Shown in pieces: positions 53,004-64,000 of a DNA stretch of 64,000 nt. The DNA is taken from assembly GCF_009834535.1 (NCBI RefSeq), contig NC_045696.1, forward strand, positions 18,974,001-19,038,000. The letters are read 5' to 3'. A program made the translations under genes and the position numbers. The notes under the pieces were generated by a model. The model saw nothing but the letters and a program-made list of their open reading frames with translations. It did not search any database and was not told the DNA's origin. How positions within the stretch are numbered: position 1 is the first letter of the stretch; each line of letters starts with the position of its first letter. Source of the DNA: Camelus ferus (lineage: Eukaryota).

Positions 53004-54660
53004 ACATGACCTTTGTTATGTTCGGGTGTGTTCGGGTGTGTTCCCTCTGTACACACTTTGATGAGAGTTTTATCATAAATGGATATTGAATTTTGTTAAA
53101 ATCTTCATTTACATCTGTTGAGATTGTATGATTTTTTCCTTCAATTTATTATTGTGGTGCATCACATTGATTGATTTGAGGATATTGAAACATCTTTGCA
53201 TCCCTGGGTTAAATCTCAATTGATCATGGGGCATTACCTTTTAAATGTATTGTTGAATTTGGATTTTGTTGAGGATTTTTGTATACCTATTAATAAGTAA
53301 ATTGACCTGTGATTTTCTTTTTTTGTGATATTTTTCTCTGGTTTTAGCATCATGATGCTGGCCTTGAAGAATGAATTCAGAAGCTTTTCTTCCTCTGCAA
53401 TTTTTTGGAATAGTTTGAGAAAGATGGGTGCTAATTCTCTGAATGTTTGCCAGGCTTGTGTGAAGTCTTTTGGTCCTGGCTCTTATTTGATGGGTATTTT
53501 TTTTAATGACAATTTTATTATTGTATATTGGTATTAATATTTTCCACTCTTCCTGATTCAGTCTTGGGAGATAATATATTTCTAGAAATTTGTCCATTTC
53601 TTTAAGGTTGTTAATTTTATTGGTGTATAATAGTTAGAAATAATCTCTTATATTCTTTTGTATTTCTGTGGTATCAGTGTAACTTCTCTTTTTTTATTTC
53701 TTTTTTTTATTATTTGGGTCTTCTTTCTTTTTTTTCTAGATGTGTCTGGCTAAAGTTTTATCAATGTTTATTTTTCCAAAGAACCAGCTCATAGTTTCAG
53801 TGATCTTTTCTATTGTTTTTTAGTCTCTATTTTATTTATTTCTGCTATGATCTTTATGATTTATTTTCTTCTACTAACTCTGGGTTTTCTTTGTTTTCTG
53901 TTTCTAGTTCTTTTAGATCAGGTTGTATATTTGAGGTTTTTCTTGTTTCCTGAGGTAGGCTTGTATCTCTATAAACTTTCCTCAGAACTGCTTTTTCTGT
54001 ATCCCATAGATTTTGAATCATTCTGTTTTTGTTTTCTTTTTGTCTCTAGGTATTTTTTCATTTCTTCACTGATCCATTGGTTGTTTAGTAGCAAATTGTT
54101 TAACCTCCACTTGTTGTTTTTGTTTCGTTTTTGGTTTTTTTGCAGTTTTTTCTTATAGTTGAGTTCTAGTCCCATAGCACTAGAAGTTCTTTGATATGAT
54201 TTAAATTTTCTTAAATTTACTGAGCCTTGTTTTGTTTTTGTGCCCTAGTATGCTATCTGTCCCGGAGAATGAGTTCCATGTGCACTCGAAAAGCATATGT
54301 ATTCTTCGGATGGAATGCTCTCTCTGTATCTCTCTATACATCTATTAAATCTACGTGGTCTAATGTGTTTTTAAGGCCAGTGTTTCCTTATTGATTTTTA
54401 CTTGGATAATATGTCCATTGATGTAAATGGGGTGCTGAAGTTTCTTACTATTATTGTGTTACTATCAATCTCTCTATGTCTTAATATTTGCTTTATTTAT
54501 TTAGGTGTTCCTACATTTGATGCATATGTCCACAATTGCTAAATCTTCTTGGCTTGATCCCTTGGTCATTATGTAATTCCTTCTCTGTCTCTTGTTACAG
54601 TCTTTGTTTTAAAGTTTATTTTGTCTGATAAAAGTATTGCTACCCTGTTTTTTGGTTTTT

Positions 54661-54690
54661 GTTTTGTTTTGTTTTGTTTTGTTTTGTTTT
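54661..54690. repeat. (GTTTT)6 simple repeat within L1
   Basis: Seen directly. Confidence 0.9.
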
Positions 54691-55659
54691 AGTTGCATAG
54701 AGTGTCTTTTTCTATCCTCTCAGTCTGTGTGTGTCTTTGTGTCTGAAAAGAGTCTTGTAGGCAGCATACATAAGGGTCTTCATTCTGTCTCCATTCAGCT
54801 ACTCTGTGTCTTTTAATTGGAGCATTTAGTCCATTGATATTAAAATAATCATTGATAGTTATGTATTTATTGCCATTTTATAAATTGTTTGGGAGGTGGT
54901 TTTTTTTGTAGTTCTTTTTTTTTGTTGTTGTTCCTTTCTGCTTCTTTTGCTCTCTTCTCTAGAGATTTGAAGATTTGATGGCTATCTTTAGTGTTATTTT
55001 AGAATTTTTCTGTCTTTGTGTGTGTGTACCTATGATAGATTAGTTTGTGGTAATCATGAAGTTTATATGTACCAAACATTATATATAGGTAGTTGTTTTA
55101 AGCTGCTGGATCTCTTATATTTGAGCACATTTTAACAACCCTGCATTTTGACTCCCCACTCCACATTTACTGCTTTTGACATCATATTTTAAATATTTTT
55201 GTTTTGTGTATCTCTTAACTACTTCTTGTGGATATAGATGGTTTTATGACTTCTGTCTTTTAACTTTTGCTTAGCTTTCTACATGGTTGATTTATAACTT
55301 TTACCTGGTTTCTTTAACAGACATGAAGTTTTGGATTTATTATGACATTAGTATGTTTTTCCTCAAACTTGAATTCCAGGTAATGATCATAAGGAGGTCT
55401 AACACCCTTCCCCTAAATTTACTTTCTTTTATATTTAATTTTTAAATATTCAACTTAATTAAATATTTAATTAGTCTATTTTAGAGAGAACATCTAACTT
55501 AGAAGACTTTATTGATCTCATATCTTAAATTGAGTATATCAGTTTTATGTTCAGTTAATAATTTCTTATCACATTTCTCCTCTTTGTATTTTTCTTGTGA
55601 CAGCCCAAGGTTGTCAAGTAATGGTTAACATTTTTAGCAATAAAATATTTTTCAGTTAT

Positions 55660-55815
55660 TTTTTAGACATAAGCCTGTTGCACACGTAATGGACTACAGT
55701 ACAGTGTAAACATAACTTTAATATTCACCAAAAAATTTGTATGATTCACTTTATTGTGATATTCACTCTATTGCAGTCATCTGGAACTGAAACTAGAATA
55801 TCCCTATATTTGAGG
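55660..55815 (+). mobile_element. Tigger1-like TcMar DNA transposon terminal fragment
   Basis: TTTTTAGACATAA..TTGCACACGTAATGGACTACAGTACAGTGTAAACATAACTTT..TCACTTTATTGTGATATTCACTCTATTGCAG..TCTGGAACTGAA. Confidence 0.8.
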
Positions 55816-58414
55816 AGAAAGAAGCAGAGAGAGAGAGGAAGAGAAAGAGAGAATGTCAATCTTCAAAAGTAAAAAGACAAATGAGAAAAAATTATCCTCT
55901 AATGATTTAAAAAGCATGCTCTTTTAAAAACAAACAAAAAAACCCAAAGTTTTTACCTTTGTAAATTTCTTATTTTGAACACAGGCTTACTAGGGGTTAG
56001 GACCAATTAATTGTTTGGCAAGTGAAAAATAATTAGGGGATGAGTTGACTCATGAATAATTCCACTGACTTGACACTATGACCCACTGTAGTTGTTTGGC
56101 CCTCTTGATAACAGCACTGTGAAATGCCTGCCACTAAACACTAATGCATTTTGCATTAGATCTAATCAGCTGGAGATCCAGAATCTCAGTTTTCAAATAT
56201 CAAATATTGTTTTTAAGAACTACATTTTATTTTGTTATACTAAAATATTTCTGTGTCAAAAATCTCAACTATCCTATGCTTTAATTAATAACCACTCAAA
56301 AACATGTTAAATTGACCCAAAATTGTAGATTTAATGAAAGTTACTAATTTAAAGAAAAGCCTGTTGATTACCTTCTCATTGTTAAAGCCTCCTTAAACCC
56401 TTGTCTAAATGTAAATAAAATAAGTTATTTCTATAAGGAATCAATAAGAATTTGAGTTTCTAGAAACTGCAAGTTTTTCTTTCTCTTAATTTAAATTTCT
56501 AAATAAAGTTTAGATAAAGTGCAATTTTAGTATCAATGAAAATTAAATCAATCAAAATTAAGATTTATTAAGAATTTTGGTGGTGGGATTTTTCTTCTGT
56601 AAGTTACAGAATTACAATTCTTTAACTTATTATTGTATAATATTTGTAAAATTCAATTGTTAACTCATTCTGTAGTAACATTTTTGTTTTCCTTTCAACA
56701 TGTCCACATTGGTAATGTTGTCAAAGATGTATAGTACTAAAGAGGATATTTTCATTTGAACAAAGTAAGTATGCTATTATGTCCCATTATTAAAAAAAAA
56801 ATTATTACCAGGAATAGAAATACAGAACTGATGGAACAAAGTAGAACAAAGGTATTACTCCAGTCAGATAGTGTGATTTGTGGATGATTCTCTCCTCTCC
56901 TTTGAGCTTGTTTGTTTAAAAAAAAAAAAAAAAGATATTGATTGTAAATCATTGACCTTTACCCAGCTTGGGGCACAGCTGCAGCGTTCCTCTAACTAAG
57001 GCCACAATCAGAAGAGAATTGAAAGGTGATTCCCCATGTGTAGTCATCTGAATGGGGAAAATTATAGTTTATTAACTCAATTTCGCATGTTTTCTTTAGT
57101 ATTCATCACAAGCTTTCGAACTTGGCATTATCCGCATTTGATAGGTCACCAAAACGTAAAAGAAGGAAGGTAGGTTATTTGTCAAATATCCCTTGAGTAG
57201 TCATTTCCAAGGCTGGGTTTGCATGTTGGACCCTGCTCCCTGCCACCCCACCACTGCATGTCCCTAGCAGGTCCCCTCCCGGTCAAAGGCCTCTTTCTAA
57301 CATTGATATGTCTACCTGACATACTTCTTTCCTGTTCAATGATAATGTTTTTATTTAAAGTCAATAGCTTTAACAAATGTACACACACATACATATTTGT
57401 GTGTAAAACAGTTTATATAATAGATATAACAATTTTTTAAAAGTTTGAGAAATACTCAAAATGGAAAGGACAGTCATGATAAAAAATTTAAATTTTAATG
57501 ACCAATGAAAATCATAAGTCAATGCAAGTTTTTCAATAAGTAACACACATCACAGCATATTAGAGAGACTTCCCATAAAAATTATATTCTACCCTGTATG
57601 GAAACAAAATCACAAAGAATCAGTGGTCCCACTGCAAAATCTGAGAGATCTTAGAGAGGAGAAAAGAATACAGACATGTGAAATTAAAAAGTAATTTTTT
57701 TTAAATCCCTAAAGAAATGTCATGAAAATATTACTACTTAAAAAGAATATACTTTGTCTCTTTTAATTATTTATTTAGAAGACAATTGATAGGTAAAATG
57801 AAAGTTTCAAAATAATTTGTTTAACCTGATGACACAAAAATTCATTCCAAAAAAATTAAAAGTAATTACTCTAGTGTTATACTTAGTATCTATTCTTTTT
57901 TCTGCCAAATAGAGTATTTAATTTTACACATTTAAAAAGAAAAATCTCTAATAGTATCATATCCTAAAAGTTTACATGATTCTTATTCCTGTGATTCCTG
58001 TGATTGATTTTTACATTTTATTTACATTTGAAAATAATTTTGAATGCACAGAAAAAATGTGACTAGCACAAATGACCTTTTTCCTCCTGAACTGTTTAAC
58101 TTAAGTTGCTGACATATCTCAATGTTTTTTTGTCTGACATTTATTCAGGATTAGATTTAAGGTATTTAATTGATTTTTTCTCCTAATATAATGTGACCTT
58201 GAAGAAGCTTTTAAAGGGACAAGTACATAATTTTCCTCATTCTTATGATAAGATTTTATGATGCTTAGGAAAGATAAAATAATTTAAAATCATTGTGATA
58301 TACAAAAGTCCCTTTGCAAAGGGCCTGATAACATATCATTACTCTAAATCATTTCTGGACTGAAACAATGGACTAAATAACAACTTAACTTTTAATCTAG
58401 GTGTTCATACATTG

Positions 58415-59140
58415 TTTCATTAAGTAAGATTTAATCAGTTGTATCCATTTAAGGCATACACTTTGATTAATTTTGACATATTTATATATACACAGAAAGT
58501 CACTGCCATAATTAAGATACAGAATGTTGTCACTGATTCCCAAAGATGATTTGAGACCCTTTATAGCTAATTTCTACCCCCTCACTTTGGACTCAAGCAA
58601 TCACTATTGATTCGTTTGCATTTTATTAAACATTATGAATTTAAGTCCTACACTACACATGTATATATTTTATTGTTAATTGAAGTATGGTTGATTTACA
58701 ATGTTGTGTTAGTAGCAGGTATACAGCAAAGTGTTTAAGTTGCATGTATTTTTTATAACAGTATTAAATTATAAGAATATAGCACATTGAATTTATTTAC
58801 ATACATGGATGGACATATGGGTGGTTTCCAGTTTTTGATACATTATTAATGAAAGTCCCATGAAGATTATATGAAGTCTTTGCATGCTGTCATTTTTCTT
58901 GGTTAAATATCTAGGAATGGAAGACAACATTGTATAGTGTGTAAAGCTTTAAGAAATAAATAATTTCCAAAATAGTTTCTCGAAGCGAAATATTTTACAT
59001 GCTAACCAGTAGTATTTTAGATTACAAATTCTTATCAATGCAGGAGTAGTTTTATACATTTTAACTATTCTGATGGATACAGAGTGACATTTTACTGTGA
59101 TTTCAATTTGAGTTTCCATGATGCCTAATGATTTTGATCT
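58415..59140 (-). mobile_element. Old L1 (L1MC/ME-like) 3' region, with a younger ~80-bp L1 tail nested at ~58667-58745
   Basis: TGATTAATTTTGACA..ATTAAGATACAGAATGTT, GATGGACATATGGGTGGTTTCCAGTTTTTG, ATCTAGGAATGGAA. Nested piece TTGAAGTATGGTTGATTTACAATGTTGTGTTAG. Confidence 0.7.
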
Positions 59141-59144
59141 TCTT

Positions 59145-59890
59145 GGTATTTTGAGTAACTTAAATAACTTCGGATTGCGTTCTGAACATTGTGGATATGA
59201 TGTTGTGGCAACTGGGTTCTTTTAAATCCTCTGAAAGAAGTTGATATATTTGTTTTAGTGGGCAATTAATTCACTTAGATTAAATGTACTTTGTCTTGTC
59301 TGTGGTATGTGACAACTCAGATCTCAGTCCAGAAAGCTTTTAGCTTACTGTGCATACATATGTATGTACGTTTCAGAGGTTATTCAGTGACTGAGTCATT
59401 TCTAATTTGAGATTCCGCTTTTAAGACTTTCTCCTTTCTAGGGTAACCCCTTATATTCCAGCAATACTTGTTGCTACAGGTTCCTTCTTCCAGTTTCTCT
59501 GGTCAAAACACAGTAAAGTTTCTGTAGATGATTCAGCTGAACTGCATCATGCCAAGATGCCTTTGACCTTCAGGCAAAGCCACAGAAATGTGAAAAGCTC
59601 CCTGGGCCAGTCTTTTCTGAAGTTTTAAAAATACCCCAAATTCTGCCTACTTTTTTTTTTTTAACATTTTTTATTGATTTATAATCATTTTACAATGTTG
59701 TGTCAAATTCCAGTGTTCAGCACAATTTTTCAGTTATTCATAAATTCTGCCTACTTTTATTCACTCTTCAGACCACTCAGGTAATTTTCTTTTCTTTTCC
59801 TTCTTTTTGTGGTTTTTTTTTTCCCCCTCAAAGTTTATAGTCATTATCTCTGAGTGAACGACTTTATTAGGAGCTTTCTCCTCCTCCACA
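59145..59890 (-). mobile_element. Possible old L1M 5' end fragment (host of the young L1 insertion)
   Basis: TTAAATCCTCTGAAAGAAGTTGATATATTTGTTTTAGTGGGCAATTAA and CAAATTCTGCCTACTTTTATTCACTCTTCAG resemble recalled antisense L1M 5' ends. Confidence 0.45.
59655..59741 (-). mobile_element. Young, extremely 5'-truncated L1 (camelid-type 3' end) with a perfect 17-bp TSD
   Basis: Poly-T then AACATTTTTTATTGATTTATAATCATTTTACAATGTTGTGTCAAATTCCAGTG. AAATTCTGCCTACTTTT is at 59638-59654 and 59742-59758. Confidence 0.9.
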
Positions 59891-61228
59891 GGAGTTTCCT
59901 TCCACATGAAAATCAAAACTCTGTACATATTCTTGCAAGGCAGTTAGTATAGTTTTAAGATAAATAAAATTAAATCGATTGCCTTAAGACTAGTAATGTT
60001 GTCTTTCTGACCTACTAAACAAATAAGTAGAGCTGAAAGAAATGGCTTCATTCAGGCAATACATGCTTAAAGGGAGTCAGAAGCTATACATACAGAAGAT
60101 AATACGTTGACATGACTTCAAATTGCCAAAGAAGACAGGAACCAGTCCTCACCCCCTCTGTTGTCAGACAACAGTGGTGATGCCAGTTGTCCCCTCACCA
60201 CCATCACAGCTATGGTTGGAATTTCTGTGACTTATTTAGCCTTTATATTTATCTCTTTAATTTTAGGTATGCATTTTCATATGTGAGTTGTGTTAGGGGA
60301 ATAAATTCCACCATATTTAACTTTTTTATGACTTGGATGTCTAATTTTGGGTTGTCCTTGTGCTCTAAAGCTTTAGAACATCACCTGATATTTAAATAGA
60401 GTGGTTCAAGGACATACACTTTGAGCCACAACCTCCATTAATTAAAGAAAAAAGAAAACCAGTAGAACTGGAGAGCATATGTAAAGTAATTATTTTTAGA
60501 CATTTAGACAACAGATTTCACAGGACTGCAGGCCCTAAGGAAAGGGAACTGTATGATATGAGCTCTATAATTGTCTTATATTTCTGCCTGGAGGCATCTT
60601 TCCAGAATAGTGATTTAGCAAGGGGAACCCAGATTGAGTCCAGCAGACCTGTTGTGTAGAAGAGAAAAATATCAGGGCTCAGGAAGGCTGAGACTACAGG
60701 AAGCAGCAAGGCATAACACTGGAAATGAGCATCTGGGCAGAAAAAGAGTTATAGAAATCCACATGGGGCCCTCCCTTTACAGAAAACAAATTACAACATG
60801 GTAAGTTGATAGCCAACTATATTTTAATTCTATTAAATATACATGTTATAAACAGTACAGTTTAAAGACAAGTTGAAACATTGGAAAATGAACACAAAGA
60901 ATGTCCCAGATATGTTATATACAAAATAGAATGTCTCGTGCCATCATCTTTTGTACTGGAAGTTGTATTCAAATATTACTTCAAATCTTTGGGAAATTAT
61001 ACCTAATATTTCTCATCATTATGGTGCAATTTTCTGACTATTCCATTCAATTTTAATAGCCAGTAGACTCATCAAGGTATATTCATTATTATTCTCTCTT
61101 TAAATTTAATATCTCATCATAATGGAAACAGAATTATGGGCATTATCTTTTTTAAAATAAATTGCTTGTTCATAAAGTCATCAGAGATAATTTATGTTGT
61201 GTCATAAAGTTTAAAAAAAATGCAAAAC

Positions 61229-61231
61229 ATA

Positions 61232-61269
<38 letters not shown>
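61229..61269. repeat. Interrupted (TA)n/(TG)n microsatellite
   Basis: Seen directly. Confidence 0.9.
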
Positions 61270-61273
<4 letters not shown>

Positions 61274-62499
61274 ACACTTTACTAAATTGACTGTGTTTTT
61301 TCCTTTTTTATTATCTTGTTCTGGTTTTGTGCTTTAGCACATAGTTGGTTGAACTAAGGAGTCAGAGAGATGGCGGCAAGATGATTTTGTGAGAATTTGA
61401 GATACTCTTTGACATATGACTTAGACTTTGCGCTTTCTCTGTGAATTCAAAATGTTTATGTAAGAGGCTACTAGTTCCGGGTCAAGGAGACAGTTATAAC
61501 TACGCCTAGGAAAGTGTAGAAATTAACAAATAATGACAAAATATCACATCGTTTTTTCATCCAAGCATTGTATATTGTCAAGCATAATGAAGAATATCAG
61601 CCAACAAGTTTTTTAAAGTCTGTACAAATTTACTTATGTTAATATTATGTCAGTTAGAAACACAAAGATTTCTAATGACAAATATTCCTCTCTTAATTAC
61701 AATCAATTTTTTGAAGACCCTTGTGCTTGAACGTAAAATAAATGAATAATTTTGTTCTTTATTGTCTTCCTGTTCTTTTGTCTCAGTACATTAATTTATT
61801 TGTTTATATTTAAAATATCTTCCAATACCAGTCAGGAATTCAAACTTGCAAGAACAATAGAACACCTATAATACTAGCTGGACATGAGCTATAGGGCTCA
61901 GGTAGCTACAAGTTACAGGTTTGATAAAGCACAGGACAAAGAAATGGGTTCTACCATTTTTAAATTATTTTCCATGCTTGAGTACCCACTGGAAATGTTC
62001 AGCCTTACCAGTGTTTGCAGGCAAAAACCAGGTTAAAAGAATTCCTTTTCACCTCAGTATTTTAAGAAATTACATTATCATGTAAGGTACTCCGTAGGAG
62101 AATGTCCTGTTATCTTTTGTCAGCATTCTCCCTTTCATGACCTTTGAAAACATTTTGCTTTTCAGACATATCTTTCCTCCAACTGTTCTCTAGAAAATAA
62201 ATTGAAAGTTCACCTGATGGTGATCACCTAGTAAGAAATACTTTTCAATGTCAAATTGAAATTGAAGAAGCACATTAAAGTGTGTTATGATTTTAGATAT
62301 ATTTTTCCCCAGAAGCAAAAGCATTTTTCTCAAGGATTTGGCTTTTTCTTCTTAAAAATTAAATTAAAAAAAAAAACCTCTTTTCTCACAGGATTTTTGA
62401 GTGGATCCTTCCTTCCTAATATAGGCCTTGATTTATGGTTTTAGAAATAAATAAATCAATAAGGTTGATTTTCTTCCTTTCCTTACACTAAAGTCAAGT

Positions 62500-62635
62500 G
62501 TATACTTTATCTTTTCTATAAGCGTGTAATCATGAGGTTAGGCATCATGTCTGTTTTATTTGCACAATTTCCCAAAGCTAATGAAATGATGCATTTCATC
62601 TCTAAAGCACTCAATAAATGTTTATTGGTGAATGT
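62500..62635 (+). mobile_element. L2 3' tail
   Basis: CATGAGGTTAGGCATCATGTCTGTTTTATTT..GCACTCAATAAATGTTTATTGGTGAATG. Confidence 0.65.
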
Positions 62636-62714
62636 AGCATTTTACATTGGTTATAAGTTTTACTGGTAACCAGGTGGTCGTAAATTTAATATTTATGTTG
62701 ATATATGATGAAAT

Positions 62715-62850
62715 GTTGTGAGGCAGGCACCTATATTCCCATTTCATTGACAAATAACAAAGACTGTCAAAGGTTAAGTGATTTGCTAGATGGAGTTTGT
62801 ATGTAAGTAGTGTTTTAATGTTTAGAATGCCTTTTCCCATCCTATAATTA
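62715..62850 (-). mobile_element. MIR core fragment
   Basis: TATTCCCATTTCATTGA..AAGGTTAAGTGATTTGCTAGA..GTAAGTAGTG. Confidence 0.6.
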
Positions 62851-63747
62851 CTATGTTACGTGAGTTACGAGAAATTAATATAGACACTAGTGTGTCATAT
62901 ACTATTTAAAAATAATATCTCATGAATAGAATGTCATTTTTATTCATAATTAATACCTGTAGTCTGTACATTATTTTATAATGAATCATAGAGCAGGAAA
63001 AGCCAGTGGTCACCTTATCTTGTGACATCAGAATGTGGTGAGCTTGTTAGGTTTTTACTAATACCACTTTATCTAAAGTTCCAATAAAGGGGCTGGTACA
63101 GAGTTGATGCTCTAGGAATAGGTGTAGAATTAATGAATAAAATTAAAATCTCTCCAAATTTCATATTCTGATGGAAAATATTTAAATCTGCATCATTAGG
63201 GTAGTCAGGTTTTCAAAGGCCTACTTTACCACGCTGCCCACAGAAATATTGTCCTCCTTCTTTGAACTTAAGAAGTTATTAGTATTCACTCTTGATTTGC
63301 TCTTTATTTCATACTGCTGAATGGGGTTACTTTGCTTCAGATGATGTCTATGAGCTAATCACAGTCAGGAATTTGAGAGGATAGAGAAGACGCACATCTG
63401 CATTATATTGTCATCAAACATATTACATTATGATGGCAAAATAAGGCTGTTACTTGGAGATACACAAATAAATGTCAGAGGACTGATTCCCATACACATA
63501 TAGTAAAAACCTATGAAAGTTTACTTTTCAAGAATAAGTGAGTTAGACATATCATAAATATATGCTAATTCACTTTATTAACTGACAACAAAATATAATG
63601 TTTTTTCTTGTTTAGGCTTTACTGTTCTTTGTAGTTATTTTAAAACTGGATAACATGTGAAAATATCTGTAGAATAATTTGCCCTTGCATACCTGAAGAT
63701 CAGGAATTCTTTTCTATTCTGTTCACTGCTCTGTGCTCAGTATCTAA

Positions 63748-64000
63748 GACTTCTGGTTTCAGCTCCAGTATATAAAGAGCTTGGAAGTCATTAATCACAT
63801 CCTTACAACAATAAAAAGCTTATTTACCTCAGCTCCTATTATCTGATACAACATGCTTGACTTTCAACAAAACTTGCAAGATATACTAAAAGGAAAGAAA
63901 AATACTATTTAAAGACATAGAATAAGCATTCGGAGCAGACTCAAATAAGACCTTGATGTTGGAGTAATCAGACAGAAAAATTTAAATAATTATATTTAAT
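63748..64000 (+). mobile_element. L1MD-like 5' end and ORF1 start, internally deleted, running off the window
   Basis: GACTTCTGGTTTCAGCTCC..TAAAGAGCTTGGAAGTC..CCTTACAACAA, then CAGACTCAAATA..GATGTTGGAGTAATCAGACAGAAAAATTTAAATAA. It begins right after an L2 tail-like segment (~63690-63747). Confidence 0.6.

Larger units (their letters stand above)
50359..55302 (-). mobile_element. ~4.9 kb 5'-truncated, decayed L1 (laurasiatherian-type 3' UTR, disrupted ORF2)
   Basis: 3' UTR GCTTTATTGAAATATAATTGACATACAA. ORF2 peptide remnants WRLNNLLLNNQWISEEMKKYLET, MDKFLEIYYLPRLNQEE and IGKEEVTLSLFADDMTLYIENPKDSTK are colinear on the minus strand. Confidence 0.95.

Noticed and set aside
50359..55302. Active L1 or intact reverse transcriptase
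   Set aside because: It is 5'-truncated, with no 5' UTR or intact ORF1, and ORF2 is broken into short frameshifted pieces.
49974..55319. 5.3-kb DNA transposon with 10-bp TIRs
   Set aside because: The interior is LTR plus L1 with no transposase. The inverted ends are better explained as the termini of one interrupted LTR.
58658..58749. CATGTAT as TSD of the short nested L1 tail
   Set aside because: Short and low-complexity, and the right copy could derive from the L1 3' UTR itself.
1..64000. ORF-track entries as host protein-coding genes
   Set aside because: All are 60-118 aa, compositionally biased by AT richness, often start at non-ATG codons and lack recognisable domains. The only recognisable peptides are L1 ORF2 remnants.
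1..64000. A novel multi-gene system, CRISPR array or prokaryotic/viral operon
   Set aside because: I saw no repeat-spacer array, gene-dense region or long ORF. The content is ordinary eutherian repeat-rich non-coding DNA.

Overview
AT-rich, CpG-depleted placental-mammal DNA that looks intergenic or deep-intronic. I find no supportable host protein-coding gene, RNA gene, CRISPR array or prokaryotic system. A tRNA-Ala-derived SINE at 8607-8790 and a short L1 3' end at 59655-59741 resemble camelid-specific elements (Vic-1 SINE, camelid L1) as I recall them, and I saw no Alu, B1, Bov-tA, PRE-1 or CanSINE copies, so the source is probably a camelid (inference). The recognisable content is a layered record of decayed transposable elements: MIR, L2, old and young L1, MaLR/ERVL/ERV1 solo LTRs and hAT/Tigger DNA transposons, plus microsatellites. 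The only protein-like ORFs are frameshifted L1 ORF2 pieces, including the FADD reverse-transcriptase motif at 52794-52808. The best-supported structural observations are a twin-priming 5'-inverted L1 (22190-23271), a ~4.9 kb L1 splitting an ERV1-type solo LTR whose 10-bp inverted termini now lie 5.3 kb apart (49974-55319), a young ~87-bp L1 with a perfect 17-bp TSD (59638-59758), an MLT2 LTR nested in an L1 tail, and an exact 38-bp tandem duplication. A few motif clusters and splice-signal-flanked segments are weak regulatory or exon candidates. I found no evidence of a novel biological system. Repeat family names are recalled from consensus sequences, not from a search, and most old-repeat boundaries are approximate.
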